Shown: positions 1-10,915 of the stretch, in pieces
Position numbering within the stretch: the first letter of the stretch is position 1
Layout: each line of letters opens with the position of its first letter
From: an uncultured Nitrososphaeraceae archaeon
GTDB taxonomy: Archaea > Thermoproteota > Nitrososphaeria > Nitrososphaerales > Nitrososphaeraceae
DNA: 64,000 nt
Direction: 5' to 3'
Assembly: GCA_963837175.1 (NCBI GenBank)
Contig: CAWIMJ010000025.1
Coordinates: forward strand, 64,713 to 128,712
Position numbers and translations under genes: made by a program
The notes under the pieces: generated by a model
The model's database searches: none
What the model was told of the DNA's origin: nothing
What the model saw: only the letters and a program-made list of their open reading frames with translations

Positions 1-798
1 TCATTAATTCTTGGATATAGTTATCTCTATAGTAATACAATAGAGTCACTCAACATCCTTCCGCAACCTATTACGCCTACATTCTATAATCCAACGAATC
101 TTTTAATATTATTTCTTGTTTGTAATGGCTTGGTTACGCCAGTAGGAATAGTTGGCTTCAAACTTGCGAAGAATAAATTACTTAAAATCCCATTGCTATT
201 CTCTGTTACAGGAGCATTCTCTTGGTTAATTTTCCAAGATACAGAATTGTTAGTTGCTGACAGGTGGATCATTTTATGCGGCATTTTTATCTCTATTTTT
301 GGTGGCTATGGCATTATTCAATTAACTCAAAAGAATACAAATGTTGCAAAGATATTAGCGGCTTCATTTCTTTTTATTGTTGTTGCAATAGGAATAATAT
401 ATGCAGTAATGCCTTATGATGGATTTTCTGTGTATGGTATTGTAGGAAAATATATTCAGAGCTTTGTACCACTTACAATGCAATTTAACTCACTAGATAT
501 CTCTCATAATGATAATCTAATAGATCTGATTTCTTGGGTAAATAAGAATACAGATCCAACTTCATTAATTATAGGAGCAAAGCACTGGCGAGGCTGGATG
601 GAAATTAAACTACAAGATAAAAGGGTTTACATATCATCAGACGATTTGTATGGATTATCTAGAAGTTTAGCGAACAAGCACAAAAATCTCTATATGATAA
701 CCCCCAGTGGAACACAACAACAACCATCTGAAACAAAATTCAAGAATATAGAAATGGTTTACTCAGATCATATATTTAATTTGTTTAAAATTAAATAA
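1..798 (+). CDS. Multi-pass membrane protein, C-terminal part (5' truncated by window edge); possibly glycosyltransferase-like
   Basis: Frame is open from base 1 to the stop at 798; several hydrophobic helices are followed by a soluble tail. Confidence 0.6.
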   Translation, partial: SLILGYSYLYSNTIESLNILPQPITPTFYNPTNLLILFLVCNGLVTPVGIVGFKLAKNKLLKIPLLFSVTGAFSWLIFQDTELLVADRWIILCGIFISIFGGYGIIQLTQKNTNVAKILAASFLFIVVAIGIIYAVMPYDGFSVYGIVGKYIQSFVPLTMQFNSLDISHNDNLIDLISWVNKNTDPTSLIIGAKHWRGWMEIKLQDKRVYISSDDLYGLSRSLANKHKNLYMITPSGTQQQPSETKFKNIEMVYSDHIFNLFKIK

Positions 799-1116
799 TT
801 GGAGCGAAGATAGTTTAGCCCTTGTAAATTAACGAGTGCTCTGGAATTTAAAATTATAGGATATGAAGATATCCATCATTGCCTTACGGTATAAGGCAAA
901 AAAAAGGGATTCTACATAAATTCTCTACTGATATAAAGAACAATATTATTCATTGAGAATATAGGTAGATCAATATACTAAACGTAATCGTTTTTAGGAT
1001 ATGTATAATAATAAAGTTGTCTCTTTTAGTGTCTGTCGATTGGGAAAGAGGAGTTTTATCATAGATGAAAAAAAATATTATCAAAACAGAAGTAATGCTT
1101 TCTCAATTATTACTGG

Positions 1117-2022
1117 GTGGTTGGTTTGTCACTTAAGGGTCTTACAGTTGCCATAACAGCAAGCCGTAGAGCATTAGAACTAGCTCACCTGATAACGAAC
1201 TTTGGAGGCATACCATATATTTCACCAACAGTTGGTATCGAGTCAAATATGGATAAATCGAAGGAAACTGAGGAATTCATAAAGAAAATAATAGAAGATA
1301 AATTAGATTACATGATTTTTATGACTGGGCCAGGAGTATACTCTCTTATGTCCGCTGCCAAAAAACTACAAATGGAAAGTAATGTCATTGAGGCTTTGAG
1401 ACAGACAATTATTGTTGCTAGGAGTTTAAAGCCAAAGATCGCCTTGGCTAATTATGGTATAAAGACTGATATTGTGCCTGACGAAAATACAGCCGATGGA
1501 ATAGCGAAGATGCTAAAGAGTAGCGGCATACAGGCAAAGAAGATTGGCGTCCTTTGGCATGGCTCATATTTTCCTATCTTAAGGAATGAGATGTCTGCAG
1601 CAGGAGCAAAAATATTTGAATGTTCTACCTACACATACTCTTTTGATCTCAAAGCGAGCGGCGCCAAAATTCTGGAGGAAATGGGATTCAATTACGTTTA
1701 TCCTGATGAAGATAAAGTGATCAAGCTCATAGAGGCTATAAACAAAGGAGATATTCATGCAATAACATTTACAAGCCCACCGTCTGCTAGAGACCTTTTC
1801 AAGATAGCGGAAACTCATAAGATGAAAGAGCCTTTGCTATTTTCACTTAATAACAATGTCATTGTGGTTGCAATAGGACCATCTACTAAGAAAGCACTTG
1901 AAGAGTACACAATTCAGGTGGATGTTATGCCACAAATATACAAGATGGGTCCTATGGTAAAAGAATTAGTCAATTATCTTAGTCGTTCTCCTATTCCAAA
2001 GAGAATTAGAAAACCCGGATAA
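1117..2022 (+). CDS. hemD: Uroporphyrinogen-III synthase
   Basis: VAITASRRA N-terminus, IFMTGPGV, AITFTSPPSA and VAIGPST motifs. Confidence 0.85.
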   Translation: MVGLSLKGLTVAITASRRALELAHLITNFGGIPYISPTVGIESNMDKSKETEEFIKKIIEDKLDYMIFMTGPGVYSLMSAAKKLQMESNVIEALRQTIIVARSLKPKIALANYGIKTDIVPDENTADGIAKMLKSSGIQAKKIGVLWHGSYFPILRNEMSAAGAKIFECSTYTYSFDLKASGAKILEEMGFNYVYPDEDKVIKLIEAINKGDIHAITFTSPPSARDLFKIAETHKMKEPLLFSLNNNVIVVAIGPSTKKALEEYTIQVDVMPQIYKMGPMVKELVNYLSRSPIPKRIRKPG

Positions 2023-2076
2023 CATAAACGACGACGATGACGACTCTGTTAGGTTAACATAACAATTACTTTTTAC

Positions 2077-2744
2077 GGCTCTGTTAACTACGCAATCACT
2101 TCTTTATTATGATAGTTAACAAACAGATTGAGCCAATTTCTCAAATGGATTAGTCTACACTTCTCTTTTCTGCATGGAAAGTAATCATCATCAAAACATT
2201 CTGTTCTGTCGTTAATGTGTTGGATTGTTCTTTGATAATACTTTTCTCATATGTGGAGTGAAGATGATATCTTAACTTGAGGAATTTACATGTATATGGA
2301 TACCATGTACCACCATATCAGTGTTGAAAGTGTATATTTTCAATAATCTTTTATCAATCAGTTTAGAAATTTCTCTTAACAAACATGTTTCTTTCTGCTA
2401 AGAGATAAACATCAAGAATTGATTTTTCTGTCGGTTCAATAGCAATCCAAATCCAAAAATACTTATTTTCTACCCTTATTTGTGTTTCATCAGTTATAAA
2501 TTCAAAAATCTTTCTTCTTTATAGCTAATTCTTCTGGGTCAATGTCTTTGCACCCAATTCTATATTGAAATATAGTCCTTTTTGTAGCTCTTGATGATAA
2601 TGTTTTAGCTGCATTCTAAATGAAAGACCTACAAAGTACAAGTCATAAGCGATATCTTCAAAAGATGTCCTATTTCTTCTTGTTTTAAATATCAGGAGAA
2701 TACAATATATTTAGCCAAAGATTTTTCCTTAAGTTAACAGAGCC
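2077..2744 (-). mobile_element. IS6-family insertion sequence relic with a pseudogenised DDE transposase
   Basis: Perfect terminal inverted repeats GGCTCTGTTAACT (2077-2089) and AGTTAACAGAGCC (2732-2744). Minus-strand fragments DETQIRVENKYFWIWIAIEP, GGTWYP and RTIQHINDRTECFDD are broken by frameshifts and stops. Confidence 0.85.
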
Positions 2745-3683
2745 GATTATTTAATGTAAACGTGAATAAAGCATCAAGATTGTCAAGGGCTGGGGGGTTT
2801 GTGAACTGTTATCGACACAAATTTGTAACCCAAAGTGGATGTGTGAATCAAATTTTACACTATTATGGTTCCCACCTATAGGCTCTTAATGTATTATTAC
2901 ATAAGCGTTGGCATGGGGTATGTGGGATGTAATACACTAGTATATGTAATCCAGTTGCGGCAGTGTAAAATGATTAGTCTAAGAGCTATTCTAGTTTGTT
3001 TTTCAAATCGAAGGTATAGTTTATCTAAAATTTAGGGCTCAAGTTTATTTAAATAAAGTTTATGGGATAATTAGTAATGGAATAATGCTATTCTATGAGG
3101 TCTTCTGCGTTGAAAGCAAACTTAACCTACCTTTTTTTACCAAAAAACCACCACAACAACAACAACCAAAACCACCACATGAAAGAAGGTTTGAAATCTA
3201 ACCTTTTAAGAGTTTCTTCTCATTCTTCTTCCTCTTCTGTTCCTTCTTCTCGTGTTGTTGTTGGCTAATATATATATTCTCGTAAATGTAATTATCGAAA
3301 TATGATGTTATGAGTAAAATGCAGTTCCATTCCTCTGGGAAGGATCTGATGCTGCTTCCATCTTCATAGTATACTTCGAATGAATTGATAAAATGATAGT
3401 CTGACAGCAATTAGAGTTATCAGAATTCTTCTAAAGTTTCTACGTTCAAGCAAGAAAGAGAATTAATGGCCGGATTCAGTAGGATTAGGTCCCGCATGTA
3501 GAAAGGTTCTGTTGGTTTTCTTATTTAGCCTTTTTCTTTTATATTATAGGGTTTAATTTTAATTTTGAATATGCAGATCATTCTTTTTATCTAACGAAGA
3601 CACTGTCTCACATATTCTTTCTATATCACTCATGCAATAGACTAAAAGTTAATTTTATATGTCATTGAACACTCTAAACAGAC

Positions 3684-4103
3684 GTGCACTATATTGACGG
3701 CGAAGGCAGTATTATTGTGCCTAAACCCGTCAGACCTATAATTGATTATAAAGAAACATCATTAGGCAATAAGAAGGGAGCCAAAAGAGAATTTCGTTAT
3801 GGAAATTTGCATATTAGAGAATATGATGATAATTATACTGTTCACAGGGATAATATAGATCCAAAGGAGGATGCACTAGGACACTTATTAGCAGATGCCC
3901 CAGAGTATTTGGCCGGTAGCCTTTCCGCGGCATTTGTTGGATATAAAGTTGGTCAAGAAGTATATGATAGAAGCAAAGCAAAAGGGAAGAATCAGAGAAC
4001 TGCTTTATATCACGCAATTTTGGCTGGATGTCTCGCAGCTTCAACTGCAGGCTCAGTTTCTTATATTGTCAATAACACCATTAGAAAAAATAGGAGAACC
4101 TAG
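3684..4103 (+). CDS. Conserved archaeal hypothetical membrane-associated protein
   Basis: LHIREYDD..VHRD.IDP..D.LGHL motif and two hydrophobic segments; 5 bp upstream of the ABC1 kinase. Confidence 0.7.
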   Translation: MHYIDGEGSIIVPKPVRPIIDYKETSLGNKKGAKREFRYGNLHIREYDDNYTVHRDNIDPKEDALGHLLADAPEYLAGSLSAAFVGYKVGQEVYDRSKAKGKNQRTALYHAILAGCLAASTAGSVSYIVNNTIRKNRRT

Positions 4104-4108
4104 ACCAA

Positions 4109-5761
4109 ATGGAGAACCCAGCTCAAGTCCCAGAACAAATTTCTTCTTTAAAGGAGCATTTTAGTGAGCAAACTGAAGTTATTCCAAAAGAGCCATCAAA
4201 AATCCGCATTGCAAGAGTATTATTTAAATTGTTACCAATAGTAGTTAACTTTAGAAGAGACAGGCGTAAATGGGTCAAACAAGAAGGAAAAAATATCGAT
4301 GAGAAAAAATTCAGAAAACATGCAGAAAAGGCCCTTAAAACTTTCATTGACCTTGGTCCTTCTTACGTTAAGTTAGGTCAATGGCTCTCAACACGAGCCG
4401 ATATTTTGCCACAACCTTATCTTGAAGTGTTGGCAAAACTGCAAGATGAAGTCCCACCAGCCTCATTCTTAGAAGTAAAATCGATAATAGAAAAAGAATT
4501 AGGAGATATTCGAAATTTATTTGACACGTTTAATACCTCATCACTTTCAGGTGCAAGTCTTGGACAGGTTTATCTTGCACGATATAATGGCAAGGATGTT
4601 ATTGTCAAGGTAAGTAGACCAAACATTGAACACATCGTAGAAAAAGACATATTCTTTCTAAAAAAAATACTTCCCCTCGCTACACGCTTTATTGATCCCA
4701 ATTTGCGTTTTTCAGCCGAAGGTATGCTATCCCAATTTATTGAAACAATTCATGAAGAAATGGATTATAGAATAGAAGCTGAAAATCTTATCACAATCAA
4801 ACATAATCTCAGAAACGATAAGATGATAATCATTCCTAATGTAATATTAGAGAGAACATCAAAACATGTACTTACTTTAGAATATATTCCAGGTATTAAA
4901 ATTACCGATATCGAAAAACTCGAAGCTATGGGAATTGACAGAGAAAAATTAGTAATGAAGATACACCGTGTTTTCTTCAAAATGTTATTACGGCATACTA
5001 TTTTTCATGCTGATCCCCATCCAGGCAACATTTCAGTAGCTCCTGATAGTGGTGGTGCAATAATTCTGTATGATTTTGGAATGGTTGGAAGAATAGATAA
5101 TGAGACTCGCATTATGTTGATCAGACTATATCTTGGATTGATCGAAAAAGACGCTGTCAGGACAGTCAATGCCCTAATGGATCTCAAAACATTAGAGCCA
5201 ACAGTCAATCGTTACGTTGTTGAAAAAGCTCTAGAGATGAGCATACAATCTCTACATGGAAAACAAGTAGACAGAATGGAAGTTAATGCATTTATGGAAC
5301 TTGCCAACAAAACCTTGACTCGATTTCCATTCAGGCTGCCAAAAAATCTGGCATTGTATATGCGAATGACATCCATCCTTGAAGGCATATATCATCATCA
5401 TAAGGTAAAGTTCCATTTTGTAAAAGTGTTAGCAAATTTGTTAGAGCAAGAGCAACTTATCAAAGAAGCTTATAAGGAAGAAATAAAAGAATCCATAAAG
5501 AGATTTACAAAAAATATCGAGGCATCTATCTATGTTGCACCATTGCTGAAATCTTATCTAGAAACACATCAACACTACTCCTACTATACCAATCCACAAA
5601 GAAATAACAATAATGTTCTTGCAGGAAGCATCTTTGCATCAGCTTTGTTCATCGGATCCGTAATAATGCTACCACATAGTCCTAATTTGTCTTACGGAGG
5701 TTTTATTGCATCTGCATTAATATTTGTAACAACAATAGTATGGAGAAAAAATCGATTCTAG
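4109..5761 (+). CDS. ABC1/AarF/UbiB family atypical kinase
   Basis: GPSYVKLGQWLSTRAD, ASLGQV, VKV, FHADPHPGN and DFGM motifs; two C-terminal TM helices. Confidence 0.92.
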   Translation: MENPAQVPEQISSLKEHFSEQTEVIPKEPSKIRIARVLFKLLPIVVNFRRDRRKWVKQEGKNIDEKKFRKHAEKALKTFIDLGPSYVKLGQWLSTRADILPQPYLEVLAKLQDEVPPASFLEVKSIIEKELGDIRNLFDTFNTSSLSGASLGQVYLARYNGKDVIVKVSRPNIEHIVEKDIFFLKKILPLATRFIDPNLRFSAEGMLSQFIETIHEEMDYRIEAENLITIKHNLRNDKMIIIPNVILERTSKHVLTLEYIPGIKITDIEKLEAMGIDREKLVMKIHRVFFKMLLRHTIFHADPHPGNISVAPDSGGAIILYDFGMVGRIDNETRIMLIRLYLGLIEKDAVRTVNALMDLKTLEPTVNRYVVEKALEMSIQSLHGKQVDRMEVNAFMELANKTLTRFPFRLPKNLALYMRMTSILEGIYHHHKVKFHFVKVLANLLEQEQLIKEAYKEEIKESIKRFTKNIEASIYVAPLLKSYLETHQHYSYYTNPQRNNNNVLAGSIFASALFIGSVIMLPHSPNLSYGGFIASALIFVTTIVWRKNRF

Positions 5762-6254
5762 ATTATTGTTGTTGTTGTTGTAATGTAACTCGTAGATCTA
5801 AAGAGGATTTAGTCTTTGTTGTTTCTGTCTACGAATTTAATCGTACTTAGCAATTAAATATCCTCTATAATTATACTTGGCTTTAGCGCGTTAGCTGTGT
5901 AAAGGAGAAGTAATCAAATGGAGAAGTTTCACAGGATCATATTTATAGATAGTGTCTGTTTTTTATTAAATTCATATTTTTGATTAAAAAAACAGATATA
6001 GAGAGAGCAAAATATTGATCAATACATCTTTGCATGATAAGATCTAGAGGATTTAATTTATCAAACCTTAATCTTAACCATGGATTCGAAAGCACATTTC
6101 TCTTTTTATATATATATAGAAATAGCCGTATCAAATTATCCTAACAATTTTTGTAGCGTCCATCATTAAATCCAGAATTTTAGCAGTCATCAAATAGAGT
6201 ATATTAAATTAAAGAACAATAGAAGATAGTTACAAAAGAACACGAATCTCTTTC

Positions 6255-6605
6255 CTAAGTTTTTATTATTCTTTGATAATCATCTTCAATTCTTACTATA
6301 TCATTTTCATCAAATTTACCATACGATATCTCAAGGATAACACAGTCATCATTCACTGCCTTAACTCTATGTTTTGCTCCTTTTGGAATAACTACATTTT
6401 CTTCTTCCTTAACTTGAAGTATCTTACCATCCAACTCTACTTGAGCAGTGCCCTTCATTACTTTCCAAAATTCCCATCTCTCTTTATGATACTGAAGACT
6501 GAGCCTAGAATTAGATTTAATATAAATTAGTTTAACTGTAGATAGTTGATTCTCATGGAATTTTTCAAATCTCCCCCAAGGACGATCTTCACTATAAACA
6601 TCCAT
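6255..6605 (-). CDS. Mannose-6-phosphate isomerase type II C-terminal cupin protein
   Basis: RPWG, LSLQYH..R.E.W and ENDIVRIEDDY motifs. Confidence 0.88.
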   Translation of the reverse strand: MDVYSEDRPWGRFEKFHENQLSTVKLIYIKSNSRLSLQYHKERWEFWKVMKGTAQVELDGKILQVKEEENVVIPKGAKHRVKAVNDDCVILEISYGKFDENDIVRIEDDYQRIIKT

Positions 6606-6710
6606 CTATGCTTGTAGTGCATCAAAATAATTTAAAAATTATGGTGTAATATCCTGTTGATAATAATAATAGTAATAATGTCAAAATAACCTAAAATATT
6701 TTATACTACA

Positions 6711-6905
6711 GTGAATAAGTCGAATAAGTGTATTCACGATGAACACGGTGTATATGAAGGAATAATACGCGAAATAAGAGGGATGCAGAACAATAAAATG
6801 TGTACTTGTTCGTGTTTTAATAATATGTATCAGCTTATAAGGAAAACTCTAGCTTTGGTAAATCAAAGAAATACCGACCTAGTTTATGGATTTCCGGGCT
6901 TTTAA
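6711..6905 (+). CDS. Small Cys/His-containing hypothetical protein (may be degenerate)
   Basis: C.HDEH and CTCSC motifs; 64 aa with a GTG start. Confidence 0.3.
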   Translation: MNKSNKCIHDEHGVYEGIIREIRGMQNNKMCTCSCFNNMYQLIRKTLALVNQRNTDLVYGFPGF

Positions 6906-7117
6906 TGCACTTAAATCATAATAATATTTTAGTTTTACTATACATTTACAAATATGCATTAGTACAAAGGGTGAAGCATATTTAAACTCCCAATCAGAGA
7001 CTAATAGATTTTGATTGACATTTTAATGGACAAAAAGTTATTAGAATTACACATAATAATAGACTAAAACCGAATAAATCTAACAGGTTGTCTTCTAATA
7101 ATAATATACTTATTATT

Positions 7118-7459
7118 CTATTCCAAGTTTTCAAGACATTGTAAAAGAAGATTACGACTCCTTTTCATAACCCACGCTGGAAATTCATCTAACATAAAGA
7201 CATATTGCTGCTGAAATGTAGGAGGAATGAATCCACCATAAGTATAAACCTGAACAATAGCGTTTTTCTCACTAACTGTAGCGACTTCTTCTTCTGCAGC
7301 TGCCTCATTTTCATCCATAATGTTTCTGTATAATAAAATAGGCTTGCCTGTTCGACTAGCACTAACAGTTGCTTTGCTAAGTTTTTCTCTTAGCCGTTCA
7401 ACCAGCCACTCATCCAATGTTACTTGCTTTTCATCTAAAGTTACCTGCTTGTTAGCCAT
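7118..7459 (-). CDS. Conserved hypothetical protein
   Basis: 113-aa ATG ORF with normal globular composition; duplicated N-terminal KQVTLDE. Confidence 0.7.
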   Translation of the reverse strand: MANKQVTLDEKQVTLDEWLVERLREKLSKATVSASRTGKPILLYRNIMDENEAAAEEEVATVSEKNAIVQVYTYGGFIPPTFQQQYVFMLDEFPAWVMKRSRNLLLQCLENLE

Positions 7460-7652
7460 AGTCTATTAACTATTATAATTTGTATTTATAATACTATATG
7501 ACAAAAATATTTAACATATTACATCTATTTAGTCTACATTTCCCTACTAAAGTTATTTTTGTTAATTCATTTCTCTATAACATTCTCTAATATAATTATG
7601 TTACTAGTATAGTTATGGGCATAATTTACAAACTTATAAAAAAGGTCGCATT

Positions 7653-10600
7653 TTACTGTATTGAAATATAGAGTTTTCGGCCTTCAAGATCTATTAATTT
7701 ATAATTTACTTTTTCAGTTACATCTTTTGTTAATACAATAGAATTCACTCTTACAAGATACTTCAATTCCTCCTTCAATGGAGAAAGGAAAGAGATTTCT
7801 TCATCAGATAAATTTGCAATGAACGCTGTTGAAAGTGTGTCTGTTGGATTATAACCACTCTCCTTTCGTAATTGCTGTAGATTTCGAGCCAAATCTCTCA
7901 AGAAGCCTTTAGATGTCAATTCCTTGTCGCGTTGCGTAGAAATAAAAACTATAAGGTCATTTCTCTCTGACATAACATATCCATCTGAGGCTAGATATGA
8001 GAGTCTTAAATCATCTGCTGAAATAGAGGTATCTCCACCTTCATATGCTAGCAGGAATGTTCCAGATGAATTCAGAGATTCGAGCAATTTTATCTTGTCG
8101 ACTTTTTCAAAGGCGAGTTTTACTTTATCAGTATTCTCCTTTACCCTAGGTGCGATTTTTTTCATTATCAGCTCAATATCGGGAACAATTGGCAATTTAT
8201 TTTCTAAGAGACTTAATAGTTTTTGTAATGCTGTACCGTCATGGATCTCTATGAGAGAGTAATTTTCAACATTTAGTTGGCTTTTCAAGATATTCGAAAT
8301 CCCAGACACAGAAAGAAATCTTGGATCAGAAGTGCAAATCAAAGCCTCCTTCATTGGCCATCGTCTCTTAAATTGAATTTTCATTCTTGCGGCATTTGCA
8401 AGAGAGATAACTTCTTTTAATTTGTCGAAAGCTTCTTCAACCGTTCTGTTAACAAGTTTTCCTTCATATTTTGGCCAACGTTCAAGGAGAATACTCTTTA
8501 GATATGGAAAGCAACTCAAGTAGAGATACTCGGTAATAAATGGCGAGTAAGGATGAAGCATTATATCTACTTGCGTGAGTGAATAGGCCAATAAAGAATA
8601 GATTGTAAATCTGCGATTAAGTCCATCTTGGCTGTCGTCCCAAATATCATTTCTGGTGACAGGAATATACGTCTGGCTTAATTGATTAATTATAAATTCT
8701 TCGATTGCTTTTGCTCCTTCATTATATCTACATCTTTCAAAAGCTATTGTGACCTCGGATACAAGACTCTGCAACTTTGATAAAAGCCATATCTCGGGTA
8801 AACTTAATAAGTTATTGTCCATCACCCAGCCAAGACTATGATTCTTCTCTTCAAACTTGTCAAAGCTGCTATTCTGTTTAAAATAAGTATGTAAGTAATA
8901 CAAGGTACTCATGACCTGATAGGGTCTTCTTTCCATTTCTTTAAGGCTAAAGTTCAATGATTCGATTGGAGATGCTTTCCACATAAAATAAAATCTGATC
9001 AAATCTACAGAATTTTCGTTGAGTAAGTTATTTGCATCAATTACATTTCCGAGACTTTTGCTCATTTTATTTCCTTTGTCATCTAGCACATGCCCTTGAA
9101 ATAAAAACGATTGAAAGGGCGCAATAGCACGTTGTTGCAATATCACATTTTCCATTAACAGAGTGTATGCCCAACCTCGTGTTTGATCTATTCCTTCAGT
9201 TAGGAAGGAAGCAGGAATTAGATTCTGATATTCTTCATCGGTGAGTGAAGCATAGGGCGCTGCACCACTATTATGCCATGTATCCAGAACAAAAGGCTCT
9301 CGTTGCGTATCTTCTCCACACTTATCACATCTTATCACAATCCTGTCAATCCACGGTCTATGAAGTTCGAAGTTGGGTCCATCTGGAAGAATTCTTGCCT
9401 TTTTTATGATTTCATCTCTTGAGAATAATGGATTTTTGTATCCACACTCAGGACACGACCAAATTGGAAGAGGGGTTCCCCAGATACGCTCCCTGGATAT
9501 ACACCATGGCACCTTTTCTTTTATAATTTCAAAAAATCTATTTTTTGGTGGTTCGTAAAAATATTCTACCTTTTGTGCTGCTTCTAGTGGCATATCACCA
9601 AGGTTCTGGATGATGTAAAAATATTCTCGTCTTGCAAGCCAGACCAACTTGTGACGGGAACGCCAGCAAGTTGGATATTGATGTTTTATTATACTTGATT
9701 TAACGGCAGCACCTACTTCTTCCATTGCTTTGATTACCATGCGATCAGCATCTCTGACAAAAGTATCTTTAAATTCACCTGCTTTTTCAGTAAAAAAAGC
9801 TCTATCGTCTATTGGTACAAATATTGGTACATTTCTTTTTGTGGCAATGTCAAAATCTACCTCACCGTTTGCAGGAGACAGATGAACTATGCCGCTACCG
9901 GTTGCGACATCTACAAACTCTTCTGCCACAACAAAGTGAATAGATCCTTCTTTTGCTAAAGTGCCAAGTTCTGGAATCAAATGGAGTAGAGGATGTATAT
10001 AATGTCTGCCATCAAGATCTTTACCATAAATAGTTTTTTCGATTTTGAATTGATAAATCCCTAACCCTTTCATCAAATCCTGCAATCGGATTTCTGCAAT
10101 AATCCATTTTTCACCGTTGACAGTTACATACACATATTTAGCTTCAGGATTGACGCCGATCATTTCATCTGTAACAACTGTAAAAGGCATGGTTGTCCAG
10201 ACTATTAGATAGATATCTTCAGTTGATAATTTTACTTTATAATAGAAAGAGGGATCCTCGACTATTTCATATCCTTGGTTAACCTCAGCATTACTAAGAG
10301 AACTTTGGCATGATGGACAATATGCAACAACCCTAAACCATTCCTTTAGTATTCCATTGTCCCAAGATTTCTTTAAGTACTTCCATTCTCTTTCAATATA
10401 TTGGTCACAGAAAGTCCAGTATGCTTTTTCATAATCAAGGGACATACCAAGTAATTTGTCTGCACTAAGCCATTTGTCATTATAATGTTGTATTAATTTC
10501 TTACATGTTTCAACAATTTTTTCTATCCCGACTTTCTTAAGATTATCTATTTTACTTCCTGTTAATCCTAATTCCTTTTCAGCCTGCAATTCTACTGGGA

Positions 10601-10865
10601 GACCCTGAGTATCCCAGCCTGCTCTGAAAATCACCTTTTTCTTTTGAAAAGTATTAAATCTATACCAGACATCTTTTATTATTCGTCCTCTTAGATGTCC
10701 TGCATGTGGCTCTCCGTTCATTGTTGGAGGACCCTCAATATAACTAACTATATCGTTATTATCAAAAATTTCATTTTCTACAAGAGATTTAAGATTGATC
10801 CTATCTAAATAACTGCGAACCTCATTTTCGACTGCCTTAGCATCGAATTTGCCTTGAAGTGTCAT
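7653..10865 (-). CDS. ileS: Isoleucine--tRNA ligase
   Basis: EGPP..NG.PHAGH (HIGH), WTTMP, GSGIVH, WCISRERIWG, EGIDQTRGW and KMSKS motifs. Confidence 0.97.
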   Translation of the reverse strand: MTLQGKFDAKAVENEVRSYLDRINLKSLVENEIFDNNDIVSYIEGPPTMNGEPHAGHLRGRIIKDVWYRFNTFQKKKVIFRAGWDTQGLPVELQAEKELGLTGSKIDNLKKVGIEKIVETCKKLIQHYNDKWLSADKLLGMSLDYEKAYWTFCDQYIEREWKYLKKSWDNGILKEWFRVVAYCPSCQSSLSNAEVNQGYEIVEDPSFYYKVKLSTEDIYLIVWTTMPFTVVTDEMIGVNPEAKYVYVTVNGEKWIIAEIRLQDLMKGLGIYQFKIEKTIYGKDLDGRHYIHPLLHLIPELGTLAKEGSIHFVVAEEFVDVATGSGIVHLSPANGEVDFDIATKRNVPIFVPIDDRAFFTEKAGEFKDTFVRDADRMVIKAMEEVGAAVKSSIIKHQYPTCWRSRHKLVWLARREYFYIIQNLGDMPLEAAQKVEYFYEPPKNRFFEIIKEKVPWCISRERIWGTPLPIWSCPECGYKNPLFSRDEIIKKARILPDGPNFELHRPWIDRIVIRCDKCGEDTQREPFVLDTWHNSGAAPYASLTDEEYQNLIPASFLTEGIDQTRGWAYTLLMENVILQQRAIAPFQSFLFQGHVLDDKGNKMSKSLGNVIDANNLLNENSVDLIRFYFMWKASPIESLNFSLKEMERRPYQVMSTLYYLHTYFKQNSSFDKFEEKNHSLGWVMDNNLLSLPEIWLLSKLQSLVSEVTIAFERCRYNEGAKAIEEFIINQLSQTYIPVTRNDIWDDSQDGLNRRFTIYSLLAYSLTQVDIMLHPYSPFITEYLYLSCFPYLKSILLERWPKYEGKLVNRTVEEAFDKLKEVISLANAARMKIQFKRRWPMKEALICTSDPRFLSVSGISNILKSQLNVENYSLIEIHDGTALQKLLSLLENKLPIVPDIELIMKKIAPRVKENTDKVKLAFEKVDKIKLLESLNSSGTFLLAYEGGDTSISADDLRLSYLASDGYVMSERNDLIVFISTQRDKELTSKGFLRDLARNLQQLRKESGYNPTDTLSTAFIANLSDEEISFLSPLKEELKYLVRVNSIVLTKDVTEKVNYKLIDLEGRKLYISIQ

Positions 10866-10915
10866 TTATACCAAAGCCACTCTTATGACCTGCGTTTATG
10901 TTTTTGGCTAATCTA

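Noticed and set aside
3198-3530. Coding-like minus-strand fragments (RKPTEPFYMRDLIL...; 70-aa ORF)
   Set aside because: Probably a decayed hypothetical gene, but I cannot assign a family or boundaries.
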